This document shows positions 1 to 10,474 of a DNA stretch of 64,000 nt, one piece after another. A program made the translations under genes and the position numbers. The number at the start of each line of letters is the position of its first letter. Position 1 is the stretch's first letter. Under the pieces are notes generated by a model. That model saw nothing but the letters and a program-made list of their open reading frames with translations. It had not been told where the DNA came from and searched no databases. The DNA is from Opitutales bacterium (GTDB lineage Bacteria > Verrucomicrobiota > Verrucomicrobiia > Opitutales > PNEW01), in NCBI GenBank assembly GCA_963692525.1, contig OY829953.1:520380-584379 (forward strand), given 5' to 3'.

Positions 1-80
1 TTCAATAAAGATAAAGAACACTCTATTCCCGTTACCGCAGAAAACGCGAGCTCGAGATAGTTTTCGAAATCCCAGGATAT

Positions 81-920
81 TCATTTCCAGGCAAGAAAAT
101 AGCGATTACGGAGACTAAAATCTACCCGTGAATCCCAACGTTTAAATTCTGTTTTTATAGCTATCTCTTTTAATGCTGGATGATGGTCAATGCCTGTCTC
201 CATCGCGACCAGACCACCCGTGTTTAAATAGGTTGAGGAATGAGAGAGAATATGCTTCAGCGCATTCAACCCATGGTCCTCTGCCACTAGCGCTTCTCGC
301 GGTTCATATTTATTAATTTCCGGTTGGGATTCATCCCATTCAAGCTCAGAGAGGTAAGGAGGGTTGGCCACAATCAAATCAAATTTTCCTTCAATATTAT
401 TAAACCAATCGGATTTTTGGATCTCAACGCGACTGTTTAACCCGGATCGTTTTATATTATCCCGCGCAAGAGACAAGGCATCATCACTGGTGTCAACTGC
501 CAGCACGCGTGATTCAGGATATTGCATAGCCAAGGCTAAAGCTATAGCACCGCTACCAGTGCCAAGATCCACAACTTTATCAGGGGCACGATCCTTTTCC
601 TTAACGATAAGATCAATGAGCTCCTCCGTCTCTGGCCTCGGAATGAGTGCGCGACGGTCGGCCTTCAACTTGAGGTTAAAGAAATCCACTTCACCAATTA
701 TATACTGCCACGGTTCATGTTTCCCTCTCCGCTTTGCGAGATCGCGGATCTGATCCAAGTTCTCTGAATCCAGGGGCCGGTCGAATTGCAGATAGAGTTC
801 CAGCCGATTTAGATTCAGTGCTTTCGCGATAATAATTTCCGCATTCAAGCGGGCATTCTCTATTCTTTTAGCTGAAAAGAATACCGTCGTCTTTTGAATT
901 GCATCGATAAGGGTAATCAT
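81..920 (-). CDS. prmC: Release factor glutamine methyltransferase PrmC/HemK
   Basis: LIPRPETEEL, SAM motif VDLGTGSG, NPPY motif; directly downstream of prfA. Confidence 0.95.
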   Translation of the reverse strand: MITLIDAIQKTTVFFSAKRIENARLNAEIIIAKALNLNRLELYLQFDRPLDSENLDQIRDLAKRRGKHEPWQYIIGEVDFFNLKLKADRRALIPRPETEELIDLIVKEKDRAPDKVVDLGTGSGAIALALAMQYPESRVLAVDTSDDALSLARDNIKRSGLNSRVEIQKSDWFNNIEGKFDLIVANPPYLSELEWDESQPEINKYEPREALVAEDHGLNALKHILSHSSTYLNTGGLVAMETGIDHHPALKEIAIKTEFKRWDSRVDFSLRNRYFLAWK

Positions 921-1003
921 ACCCGTAAGGGAACTAACGCGGACTAGCGATAGGTGACAAAGATAAATGAAGCGATAATTGGCTGTGACCTAAAATACAA
1001 TCT

Positions 1004-2095
1004 TTAATTGTTATCAGGAGACAGCAATTCATCTATTTTCAGTTTATGATCAGTTTCTTGAAGAGAATGAATCACTTCATCCAGATTGCCCTCCATAATA
1101 TCGGAAAGGTTATATAAAGTAAGACCAATGCGGTGATCGGTAAGACGGCTTTGAGGGAAATTATAAGTCCTAATACGCTCACTACGATCTCCGCTTCCGA
1201 TTTGACTGCGCCGATTCTGGGCATAGCGCGCCCTTTCCTCTTCTTCTTTTTTATGCAATAGCCGGGCCCGTAATACTTTCAACCCTTTTTGTTTATTCTT
1301 CAATTGCGAACGTTCATCTGCACAACTAACGATTAACCCGGTGGGTTTGTGAAGGATCTGTACTGCAGAATCGGTTGTATTAACACCTTGACCCCCGGGT
1401 CCACTCGCCCGACATACTGAAAATTCAAGCTCCGCCGGGTCTAGGTGAACATCGACCTCTTCAGCTTCTGGAAGCACTGCCACGGTGGAAGTAGAGGTAT
1501 GGATACGCCCATTGGTCTCGGTTACCGGTATACGTTGAACGCGGTGGACACCACTTTCAAACTTGAGGTATTTATATACTTCATCACCGCGTAAGTTGAA
1601 AACTACCTCTTTAAATCCGCCCGCTTCCGAGGTGCTAGTACCTAGCTGCTCCACTTTCCAACCATGTTTTTCGGCATAGCGAATATACATTCGATAAAGA
1701 TCGGCCGCAAAAAGTGAGGCTTCGTTTCCACCGGCACCAGCCCGGATTTCAACAATCGTGTTTCGAGAATCGCTTTTATCAGGTGGAAGCATAGAAACGA
1801 GGACGCCATTATGTAAAGCTTCCGCTTGTTGTCGTAACACAGAAATTTCATCCTCTGCCATTTGTTTAATCTCCAGATCACTTTCGGGATCATCGACTAT
1901 TGATTGATTTTCCTTAATCTGTTGATTCTTTTTTTCTAACTCACTGCGAAGCGCAAGTAATTTACTCAGGTGCTGATGTTCGCGTGTCACATCCACTGCC
2001 CGCCGTGCGTTCTGATAAAAGTCAGGTGTCGCCATCTGCGCATCGATATCTTCGAAACGCTTGCGAAATGGTTTAATATCAGGTAAGGATGTCAT
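1004..2095 (-). CDS. prfA: Peptide chain release factor 1
   Basis: GGQ motif (SGPGGQGVN), RF1-type PxT motif (RIPVTE), ESGVHRVQR. Confidence 0.97.
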   Translation of the reverse strand: MTSLPDIKPFRKRFEDIDAQMATPDFYQNARRAVDVTREHQHLSKLLALRSELEKKNQQIKENQSIVDDPESDLEIKQMAEDEISVLRQQAEALHNGVLVSMLPPDKSDSRNTIVEIRAGAGGNEASLFAADLYRMYIRYAEKHGWKVEQLGTSTSEAGGFKEVVFNLRGDEVYKYLKFESGVHRVQRIPVTETNGRIHTSTSTVAVLPEAEEVDVHLDPAELEFSVCRASGPGGQGVNTTDSAVQILHKPTGLIVSCADERSQLKNKQKGLKVLRARLLHKKEEEERARYAQNRRSQIGSGDRSERIRTYNFPQSRLTDHRIGLTLYNLSDIMEGNLDEVIHSLQETDHKLKIDELLSPDNN

Positions 2096-2184
2096 GGAAT
2101 TGATGAAAGCAGTAATAGATACTATAACGAAAAGTAGCTTATTTTACACACCTTCGCTTAGATTAAAGAGGCGTTCCCATCGCG

Positions 2185-3219
2185 ATGGCTGAAAACAACC
2201 TTCATAGCCGAAACATTGTCGCCTGCATCTGGGATTTCGACAAGACTTTAATTCCAGGTTATATGCAAACGCCACTATTTGAGCGATATAAAGTTGATGA
2301 AAAAACCTTTTGGGAAGAGGTCAGCCGTCTGCCGCAAATTTACAAAGAAATAGGAATTAATGTAAGCAAAGATACCGTTTATCTGAATCACTTGCTAAGT
2401 TATGTACGTATGGGGACGATGAAAGGTCTGAATAACGCCATTTTAAGAGCATTAGGTAGTGAGCTTCAATATTACCCCGGTTTACCTGAGATTTTCCATG
2501 AATTGAAAGAACTTGTTCGTAATAATAATGAAACTGGGACTCACGATATCACTCTCGAACACTACATTATCAGCACCGGGTTAGCTGAAATTATTCGAGG
2601 AAGTTCTATCGCCACTCATGTCGACGGTATCTACGGCTGTGAGTTCGTGGAAAGCCCTCTACCCCCCGGTTTTCTAAACCAAGAGGAGTTCCCGTTCGAA
2701 ACAAGTCGAGAGATAAGTCAAATTGGAACGATGGTGGATAATACTATCAAGACACGATTTATTTTCGAAATAAATAAAGGTTCAAACAAAGATTCAGAAA
2801 TCGATGTTAACGCTGTCATTAGCAATGAGGATCGGCGAATCCCGATTAATAACATGATTTATATTGCCGACGGCCCCAGCGACGTACCGGTATTTTCTGT
2901 TGTAAAAAAGAATGGTGGAAAAACCTACGCTGTTTACAATCCCGATCACCCAGAAGAGTTTGCACAAAACGATCACCTTCTTCAAGTGAATCGCATTCAT
3001 GCCTACGGTCCTGCCGATTACAGCATTTCAAGCAGTACTTCAAAATGGATCAAAATGCATGTGATCCAGATTTGTAAGCGGATTGCAAAAGAGCGGACCC
3101 AGATCATCGCTGATCGTGTGAGCGATCCACCACGTCACCTGCACGATGAAAAGCTAAATCTAAGTGAATCAGACACTCCTCAGCAAAAAGCTCTTTTTGA
3201 TGAGGACGGGAGTTCTTGA
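2185..3219 (+). CDS. HAD-superfamily hydrolase
   Basis: Motif I WDFDKTL, motif II IISTG, motif IV ADGPSD. Confidence 0.8.
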   Translation: MAENNLHSRNIVACIWDFDKTLIPGYMQTPLFERYKVDEKTFWEEVSRLPQIYKEIGINVSKDTVYLNHLLSYVRMGTMKGLNNAILRALGSELQYYPGLPEIFHELKELVRNNNETGTHDITLEHYIISTGLAEIIRGSSIATHVDGIYGCEFVESPLPPGFLNQEEFPFETSREISQIGTMVDNTIKTRFIFEINKGSNKDSEIDVNAVISNEDRRIPINNMIYIADGPSDVPVFSVVKKNGGKTYAVYNPDHPEEFAQNDHLLQVNRIHAYGPADYSISSSTSKWIKMHVIQICKRIAKERTQIIADRVSDPPRHLHDEKLNLSESDTPQQKALFDEDGSS

Positions 3220-3299
3220 ACTGAAAATATCAAATACTGATTTTAAGCTCTAAGACGTTGTCTTGACTTAAAGGTTCTACCTAACTGCGTTAATAACCG

Positions 3300-3824
3300 A
3301 TGATTAAGATAGGTGTAATTAATATTTCTGATCGTGCTAGCGCCGGTGAATATGAGGATTTACCAGGTAAAGAAGTGCTTAGCTTATTAAATGGGTACTT
3401 AAAATCAGAATGGGAAAAAGAATACGCAATTATCCCAGACGAACAGCATTTGATTGAAAAGAAGATGATCGAGTTCGCCGATGATCAAGGTTGCTGTCTG
3501 ATAATCACCACCGGTGGGACAGGCCCCGCGCTTCGCGATGTCACACCTGAGGCTACTGAATCGGTCTCCGAAAAAATGATGCCGGGTTTCGGCGAATTGA
3601 TGCGAACTACCTCTCTTCAATATGTCCCTACAGCTATTCTCTCACGACAAACTGCTGGAATTCGCGGGAAGTGCTTAATTGTAAATCTTCCCGGTAAACC
3701 CAAGGCCATAGGCGAATGTCTTGAGGTGATATTTCCAGCCATTCCTTATTGTATTGACTTAATTGGCGGCCCCTACATGGAATGCAATGAAAGCGTGATC
3801 AAAGTATTTCGGCCTAAGAGCTGA
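3300..3824 (+). CDS. mog: Molybdopterin adenylyltransferase MogA
   Basis: SDRAS, TTGGTG, RDVTPEAT, LSRQTAG, NLPGKP motifs. Confidence 0.95.
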   Translation: MIKIGVINISDRASAGEYEDLPGKEVLSLLNGYLKSEWEKEYAIIPDEQHLIEKKMIEFADDQGCCLIITTGGTGPALRDVTPEATESVSEKMMPGFGELMRTTSLQYVPTAILSRQTAGIRGKCLIVNLPGKPKAIGECLEVIFPAIPYCIDLIGGPYMECNESVIKVFRPKS

Positions 3825-3973
3825 ATCATTATTGGGCCACAGGACACCTCGTTTATTGTTATAAATTAATTATTTACTAATTTTCTCCCCTCACAATGAT
3901 CATCGTATAATATTGTAAATCCCACACCTTATAAATAACGCAATCTTTTTATAATTCTAAACTTATTCGATCG

Positions 3974-4555
3974 ATGAACATACTTATTGCTGAAGACGAC
4001 TTAATATCGCGCAAGCTACTCCAGACAAACCTTGAGCAAATGGGTTACCTGGTAACAGCTTCTACCGATGGTCAAGAGGCTTGGGATATTTTCGACCGCG
4101 TTCCCTACCGAATTATCGTGAGTGACTGGCTTATGCCTTCGGTCAATGGATTAGAATTATGTAAAAAAATAAGGCAGCGCCCCGATACTGACTATACTTA
4201 CTTTATTTTACTCACGGCAAATGTGGGTGAGGAAAAAAATTACTTTGATGCAATGGAGAGTGGCGTGGATGATTTTTTAAGCAAACCACTTGATCGCCAG
4301 CAATTGGCTATTCGCCTGCGTGTAGCAAAACGTATCCTCAAAGACACCTCACGTATAAAGTCATTGGAAAATATAGTCACAATGTGTGCCTACACGAAGA
4401 AGATAAAAATGGAAGAGGAAAGCTGGCAAAATATAGAAGAATTTATCGAGAAGTATCTGGGAATTAAATTATCACACGGCATTCACCCCGATTATTACGA
4501 GCAGGTCATTGTACCCGAAATTGAAAAGCTGAAAAAAGATTCAGCTGTAGATTAA
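3974..4555 (+). CDS. Response regulator (receiver domain plus short C-terminal tail)
   Basis: LIAEDD, SDWLMP, LLTA, FLSKP receiver motifs. Confidence 0.85.
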   Translation: MNILIAEDDLISRKLLQTNLEQMGYLVTASTDGQEAWDIFDRVPYRIIVSDWLMPSVNGLELCKKIRQRPDTDYTYFILLTANVGEEKNYFDAMESGVDDFLSKPLDRQQLAIRLRVAKRILKDTSRIKSLENIVTMCAYTKKIKMEEESWQNIEEFIEKYLGIKLSHGIHPDYYEQVIVPEIEKLKKDSAVD

Positions 4556-4576
4556 AACCCTCCTCTTAACAAGCAA

Positions 4577-4605
4577 TGCCTAACCCCATTGCTTGAGGTT
4601 AGGCA
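4577..4605. terminator. Hairpin between convergent genes (possible bidirectional terminator)
   Basis: TGCCTAACC-N11-GGTTAGGCA 9-bp inverted repeat; no long U tract. Confidence 0.45.
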
Positions 4606-4659
4606 CAACTCTGTTAAATTGAACTGGTGGAGATTTAAAACCCCCACTTAAGCAGATAT

Positions 4660-6975
4660 TTATCCGCCCCCTTGTTGATCACCCTTTTTACCGAATAAGA
4701 AAAACTTTTTCTCCTTTTTATCTTCGGGTGGAGTAAGGGTTCCCGTTTCATCCTCTTCACGCTCGCGTTTTTTAGAGGATTTCACACTCGGCGTTAATTT
4801 ATTAAGATGCTTTTGTAGGTCGGCTTCTCTTTTAATCCGATTCGCGACTTCCGTGGCTTCACGGATCTGCGCATGCAATTGAAGCTCTGAATCGGGAATT
4901 TCATAACCCGGGACATCACTTGGTGTTATGTTCAAATCACGGAGTGCGCGAGGACTAAAGATATCCTCATAGGTACTACCATCAGGATTCAGCGTTTTCG
5001 CAGTGATGAATATGATCAAGTTACTCCTATCCGTAATATCTGTTCTACTGCGGAAAAGTCTCCCAATAATGGGAATATCGCCAAATACAGGTACTTTATT
5101 TGATTCATTGCGAACTTCTTTCTCGATTAACCCACCAATTGCCAGGGTAAACCCGTCCTTAATCGTGATTACACTCTCTGTCCGGCGAGATGCAATTCTT
5201 GGGATTTCCGCACCACCTGCTCCGCCAAAACTAACCGTGCCTAAGAGGCTACTTACTTCCGGTTGGATATCGAGAGTAATGAATCCAGCACTATTAACCT
5301 GAGGGGTTACAGTCAAATTAATCCCAATGTCTTCATAGTCAAAACCACTCACTTCAAAGGTTCCTCGTTCATCATTATAGTTGTACTCAGGAACCGGGAA
5401 CCGCTCGCCTACAGCGATAAGCGCCGGGGTATTATTAACCGTCACGACGGTGGGATTGGATACCACTTCAGTCTCAGACAAGTCATTCAAAAAACTCAAC
5501 ACGATATTAAAGGCAGCCGCGTTGAATACTGCTGTATCTATCCGGCCTTGCGCCGCGCTATTCAACACATTAAGCGTTTGATCGATAATATTTGCTGTGG
5601 TGACATTGGTGCTTAAATCATCGGTTACGGTACTGAGACCATCGGTAACCGATCGCGTGAGGTTACTCGTATCAGAAGCAGAAGAATTGAGCGAATCCGA
5701 TCGTGAATCTCCTCCTGTCTGATTATTGCTCTCATTCCACGACCTTTGAAATGGTCCGGCGCCGAGATTATAGCCACTGAGCGATTGCCAATCAACTCCC
5801 TGATTCACGGTATTGACATCAGTTATCTCGATGAATTTAGATTCTATCATCACCTGGGCATTTGGACGATCGAGACGGTCAATGATCGTCTGAATATTGT
5901 TGAACCGCGAGGGGCGTTCGGTAATGACCAAAGAGTTGCTGCGTGTGTCCACTTGGATCCGTCCACCGGAAGCAGAGTCAACAAGGGGAGAAATGGACGC
6001 TTGCATTTCTCCCGCTGTCGCAAAATTAATTACAAAGACACGTGTTTCCACGGGCTCCTGTAAAAGTTCTTCCTGGCTTTTGATCTTGATTATATTTCGG
6101 TCCCGAATCCAGGTAAAGCCCAGGGGTTCAAGAACGACATCGAACACTTGCTGCCAGGATACGTTACGCAGTTTTAAAGTAGTACTGCCAACCAGCGTAT
6201 CGGGTATAACTACATTCAATTCGAAAAGATCCGCCACATTGCTGATAATGGTGCGAACTTCTTCATCTGGAAATTCGACTGTAATCGTATCTTCCTCAAG
6301 GGAGAGCGCCGCCTCAGAAACGTCCTGCCCTGGGAATTCCAAGGTGACATCTACATCCTCTGCCATCTCTATATCAGAGGGTAATTCAGACAGCGCGTCC
6401 TCATCGTCCATGGGCTCCTCGAGCATGATTTCCATATCATCATCAAAGAATGTCTCTGGATCAGCAGACATTTCAAATGGCATCTCGTCGATCTCTTCCG
6501 CTATGGGTTCTTCCATAGGCATTTCGTCGATTTCTTCTGCCATCGGCTCTTCCATGGGCATTTCGTAAATTTCATCATCGAAAAATGTCTCCATTTCGCT
6601 TTCCATGTCTGCCGGTTCATCCGGCATTTCAAATGGCATTTCGTCGATCTCTTCTACTACCGGTTCTTCACTCGACGCCTCTTCAATGATCTCATCATCG
6701 AAAAATGTCTCCATCTCGCTTTCCATATCCGCTGGTTCATCCAGCATTTCCATTTCCATATCCGGAAATTCGGAATCGACGGATGAGGCATCGCTATCAG
6801 CTGTCTCAAGATCTGATATTTCAGCATCATCAGCATCAGGTTCGTCATCGATCATCTCCCAGCCGTTCTCGGCTAGAATTTCGGAGACGTCTTCGGTCTC
6901 TGTATCTTCCTGACTCCATGCAGGGAAGCCAAAGCAGAAGAAAAGCAAAGTTATAAGGAATATTCGGGAATTCAT
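4660..6975 (-). CDS. pilQ: Type IV pilus/T2SS secretin (PilQ-like) with long acidic repetitive N-terminus
   Basis: Signal peptide, N-domain (VDTRSNSLVITE), secretin C-domain (QVMIESKFIE, GINLTVTPQV, KVPVFGDIPIIGRLFR); last gene of pilMNOP-like operon. Confidence 0.88.
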   Translation of the reverse strand: MNSRIFLITLLFFCFGFPAWSQEDTETEDVSEILAENGWEMIDDEPDADDAEISDLETADSDASSVDSEFPDMEMEMLDEPADMESEMETFFDDEIIEEASSEEPVVEEIDEMPFEMPDEPADMESEMETFFDDEIYEMPMEEPMAEEIDEMPMEEPIAEEIDEMPFEMSADPETFFDDDMEIMLEEPMDDEDALSELPSDIEMAEDVDVTLEFPGQDVSEAALSLEEDTITVEFPDEEVRTIISNVADLFELNVVIPDTLVGSTTLKLRNVSWQQVFDVVLEPLGFTWIRDRNIIKIKSQEELLQEPVETRVFVINFATAGEMQASISPLVDSASGGRIQVDTRSNSLVITERPSRFNNIQTIIDRLDRPNAQVMIESKFIEITDVNTVNQGVDWQSLSGYNLGAGPFQRSWNESNNQTGGDSRSDSLNSSASDTSNLTRSVTDGLSTVTDDLSTNVTTANIIDQTLNVLNSAAQGRIDTAVFNAAAFNIVLSFLNDLSETEVVSNPTVVTVNNTPALIAVGERFPVPEYNYNDERGTFEVSGFDYEDIGINLTVTPQVNSAGFITLDIQPEVSSLLGTVSFGGAGGAEIPRIASRRTESVITIKDGFTLAIGGLIEKEVRNESNKVPVFGDIPIIGRLFRSRTDITDRSNLIIFITAKTLNPDGSTYEDIFSPRALRDLNITPSDVPGYEIPDSELQLHAQIREATEVANRIKREADLQKHLNKLTPSVKSSKKREREEDETGTLTPPEDKKEKKFFLFGKKGDQQGGG

Positions 6976-7031
6976 AATAATTACCTGGTTCTAGTTATCT
7001 CGTAGCTGTGGGAGAGGTAAGGTATACGCAT

Positions 7032-7583
7032 TTAATTTCTGGCTTTATTTAGGGTTACCTTCCCCTTTGAGCTAGCTCTACTAAAGCCGCTCGTTAGTTT
7101 GGTTTGATTCAGGCTAAGGCTAAAATTGCGATTGGTTATTTCAGTGATTTGGATTTTATGTGTAATTCCACCTACCCTCGCGGGAATAATATCACCTTCA
7201 CGTAGCTTTTTCCGATCTTCTAAAATTAATATTTTATTCTCCCCCAGGATAAGACTACCCTTGGGTTTTAAAATACTAACAACTTGCATTAGGATTAACT
7301 TTTCATTTATTTGCTTCGGTTGTGTCTTTGTAACCGGCTCTGGATCAGGTTCTATAGTTGGCTCAACGTACGGTTCGAATGGATTCCTTACTTCTTCGAA
7401 TCGTTTTAACTGTTCCGGGTCTCCCGGATTGAGTAATTTATCTGATGTAGACAGGAGTCCCTCCCGTTTATCTTTCATCGACACACGTTTATCCTGCGCT
7501 TCAAGATTAACTTGAAATCCGAGACTGATGGATACGTTTAACATGATGATTATTAAGATGGTGAATAAATTATGCTTTTTCAT
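7032..7583 (-). CDS. PilP-like pilus assembly protein
   Basis: Signal peptide, RNPF motif, position between PilO-like gene and secretin. Confidence 0.55.
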   Translation of the reverse strand: MKKHNLFTILIIIMLNVSISLGFQVNLEAQDKRVSMKDKREGLLSTSDKLLNPGDPEQLKRFEEVRNPFEPYVEPTIEPDPEPVTKTQPKQINEKLILMQVVSILKPKGSLILGENKILILEDRKKLREGDIIPARVGGITHKIQITEITNRNFSLSLNQTKLTSGFSRASSKGKVTLNKARN

Positions 7584-8131
7584 TTTACCCCCAAAACTGC
7601 AATTTTTAAATCAATTTGCACAAGATTGGGCTCTAATTCTCCTACAGCATTAAAGTTGAATCTATCTATACGCGTGAAGAATTTCCCATTTTGAAGCTCA
7701 TAGACTAAATTTAGAATTTGTTTATAAGTTCCAGATGCTGATATATCAAAATTAACGGTCTTAAAGTTATCGCCCACATCATTGTCCGTCGAATCTTTCT
7801 GTTGTAAATTATCCAAACGGACCCCAAATTTTGGTTCTAACTGGAAGATGTACTGATAATTAATTGCTTTTTCTTCTGGATCCAATAAGCGCGCTTCAAT
7901 TTCTTCAGTCGCTGCGCTAATGGTATCGAGATGGACCTGCATATCAATTGCTCGGAGATCGTTGTTCTGTATAACATCCCAAGTCGTTTCCATTTGTTCC
8001 AACTCAGCTTCCAGAGACGGGAGACGGCCACTGCGCATATAAATGACTAGAATTAAAACCAGCGCAATCCCCACGCTGGCAACGGCCAGTGGGTATTGTT
8101 TAATTTTTGCTAGAAGTAACTCCTTGTTCAT
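7580..8131 (-). CDS. PilO/GspM-like pilus assembly protein
   Basis: Single N-terminal TM, coiled coil, ferredoxin-like C-terminus (ISASGTYKQILNLVYELQ); overlapping operon spacing. Confidence 0.7.
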   Translation of the reverse strand: MNKELLLAKIKQYPLAVASVGIALVLILVIYMRSGRLPSLEAELEQMETTWDVIQNNDLRAIDMQVHLDTISAATEEIEARLLDPEEKAINYQYIFQLEPKFGVRLDNLQQKDSTDNDVGDNFKTVNFDISASGTYKQILNLVYELQNGKFFTRIDRFNFNAVGELEPNLVQIDLKIAVLGVK

Positions 8132-8763
8132 TCTTCAAGTTTAAGTTGAATGATAGTGGAGAAATTAAAAAGACCGAGTGCATCATCTCGCACCATCGAG
8201 TCCAGTTCAGTGTTATATAGGATAGCCTCAAACATTTCCAGGTTCTCCAACTTATTAATAAAGTCATATACCGTTTGCGTTGCTGTCTCCGCGCTCCCGT
8301 GAGCTGCACCCCGGATATTAATAATGAAAAGAACAAACGTTTTTTTACCCTCGGTAAATTCCCGATCGTAATAAGATATGGACGTGAGGAGCATTTCATG
8401 GGGTATCGCTTCTCCCAAAAAGGTGAGAAACTCCGTGGTATCAATCGGTGATTCTACAAATTGTTCAAGTTCGACAATTTTCTTTGAAAAGTTATCAAAC
8501 TTTGAACTGAAACTCAGGTTTTTATTATTTTCAGTATTTTTAGAAGTTATTTTGTTATCTAATTCGGATATCTGCGATCCGATCGCTATTCCGTTATATT
8601 CATGATATCCAAGATAAAAAATCGAAGCTAACGCGATCGTAACGGTTAAAATATTCACAAAGAAGTCAGTCCGGATAACCTTAATATCCGGAAGGGCATC
8701 GACATTACGAAAGTCAGGATGCCAGTTAGTTTGGACAACCTTTTTAGATTTAGTTAGCGCCAT
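8128..8763 (-). CDS. PilN-like pilus assembly protein
   Basis: TM segment, coiled coil, EAIPHEMLLTSI and INIRGAA pattern typical of PilN; operon position. Confidence 0.65.
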   Translation of the reverse strand: MALTKSKKVVQTNWHPDFRNVDALPDIKVIRTDFFVNILTVTIALASIFYLGYHEYNGIAIGSQISELDNKITSKNTENNKNLSFSSKFDNFSKKIVELEQFVESPIDTTEFLTFLGEAIPHEMLLTSISYYDREFTEGKKTFVLFIINIRGAAHGSAETATQTVYDFINKLENLEMFEAILYNTELDSMVRDDALGLFNFSTIIQLKLEE

Positions 8764-9796
8764 CTTCTGAGTTACTGTAATTACCCATTAAACTGAAAAG
8801 GCTGAGCCAACGGCTATCGAGTCCCTCTAGCTGAACATCTTCACTAACACTAATGTTCTGCGACTGCAACCAGCTTGGGTAATCTAGGTGCAGAACTTCC
8901 ACTCCTAATGAGCGTGATAAAGTCTGGTGAATCCAATTAAGATTTTTTGGTAATAGGGTAAGAAAAATCTGTCCTATAGTCTGACCTGTTTGCACTTCAT
9001 AAAACCCCGTGGATGATTGAAGTTCTTTCAACATTTTATTTAGCAGAGCCGAGCCCATCTCGGTAAAGTCAAAAGTATCTGAATAAAAAAGCTTTTTAGT
9101 CGACTCCTCATCTTTAAGATCAAGTTCTTTTTGAATTACAGGAAACATCCCGTCCAACCCAAATGGTATCGGCCGCGTCACATCGATCTTTTCATTGTTA
9201 ATGATAAAAACATTCGAATTTGAAGATGTTATCTCAAGAACCAGAGTGGGCATCGTAATGGATTTAAAATTGGCGTAATTTATTAAACCACCCAAACTAC
9301 TTAAAGTGCCTAACTCCATTCGTTCAGGATATACACCGTAATCGACAATCATTTCTTGTTGTTCGCTCACCTCGGTACTTTGAGCACCACATAGCACAAG
9401 TTCTTTTTGATTCTGTACACCTTTCTCCAAATCGAAGTCACTACCATCATAAGCATTAACGATGGTTGTAAGGTACTTGCTTGGATCAATACGAAATTGA
9501 TCATTTAATAGATCGGTAAAATAAGTCGGTTCCTTGGCTTTGTTCGGTGAGTCAAGAGTCGTGCGTCGAACAAATCGACTCTTGGGATAAATTCCGCAAT
9601 GCGCATGGATATAACCACGCGATTTATCATCGCTTAAGCCGGCAACAAAATCCCGGACTTTATCCGCATTATCATCATGGGGACTTTCCTGTAAACTTTC
9701 TACAGTGAATGGTGCATCTAAACCCGAAGTAATTGCCGCGAGCACAGAAAATTCACTGACTTCAAAAAAGAGGCCTTTGGATTTTTTCGTAAGCAT
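8750..9796 (-). CDS. PilM-like (actin/FtsA-fold) pilus assembly protein
   Basis: First gene of operon; LVLEITSSNSNVFI, TRPIPFG, ELQSSTGFYE resemble PilM patterns. Confidence 0.65.
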   Translation of the reverse strand: MLTKKSKGLFFEVSEFSVLAAITSGLDAPFTVESLQESPHDDNADKVRDFVAGLSDDKSRGYIHAHCGIYPKSRFVRRTTLDSPNKAKEPTYFTDLLNDQFRIDPSKYLTTIVNAYDGSDFDLEKGVQNQKELVLCGAQSTEVSEQQEMIVDYGVYPERMELGTLSSLGGLINYANFKSITMPTLVLEITSSNSNVFIINNEKIDVTRPIPFGLDGMFPVIQKELDLKDEESTKKLFYSDTFDFTEMGSALLNKMLKELQSSTGFYEVQTGQTIGQIFLTLLPKNLNWIHQTLSRSLGVEVLHLDYPSWLQSQNISVSEDVQLEGLDSRWLSLFSLMGNYSNSEDGAN

Positions 9797-9814
9797 AGGA
9801 TTTCCTTAGAGACG

Positions 9815-9852
9815 AAAAAAAATTAGCAAACACTGACTGTGTGTTCTGCTAA
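9815..9852 (-). terminator. Terminator-like hairpin plus U-tract in the leader of the pilM-like gene
   Basis: Minus strand TTAGCA-G-AACAC acagtca GTGTT-TGCTAA followed by a T run, about 20 nt upstream of ATG 9796. Confidence 0.45.
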
Positions 9853-10474
9853 ATTATTCAGAAATCAAATTTTATATATTCCTATAATAGATTATTATAG
9901 GGAACTTTTGGGGGTATTTTCAAGTAAAATAAGTTTAAAATATAATAAGTATATCTAAATGATATTTCTTATTAATTCACTAGAGTATGAGAAAAATAAG
10001 CCGAAGGAGACAAATATAAATTATTTTTCATACTAAACACAAGTTTATTCCATTCATGAATCTACAAATAAACACATGGAAATGATGAAATTTATCCGCT
10101 TTTCATTTATCTTTATAATCGTAGCAATCATCGGAGTCTAATTTTTAAAAAAGAATTTATTTATATTATTTGATGAAAGTATCACTCCCGAATATATATT
10201 TTATGTTCACACCTTGTTTACGAATAAGAATTATATTATTTATATACAACTAAGCGCTAATTAATCCTTTCACGTAATATTATAAATGTTTTTACCATAA
10301 GCGGTAAATTAAACTGTAATTTGCATAAATCCATGGGAGTATAAACCGCTTTCATTAAATATTTGATCACGCGAAAACTTGCGTTCATCATCTGATTTAA
10401 ATCATTAACCAGATAGTCTTATCTAAATACAAAATGCGAATCACCCGCATTTCATTTCAATCCGTTATTGGATT

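Noticed and set aside
5003-6956. Long antisense ORFs over the secretin, and 63168-63875 over the surface protein
   Set aside because: Shadow ORFs explained by the codon bias of the real genes.
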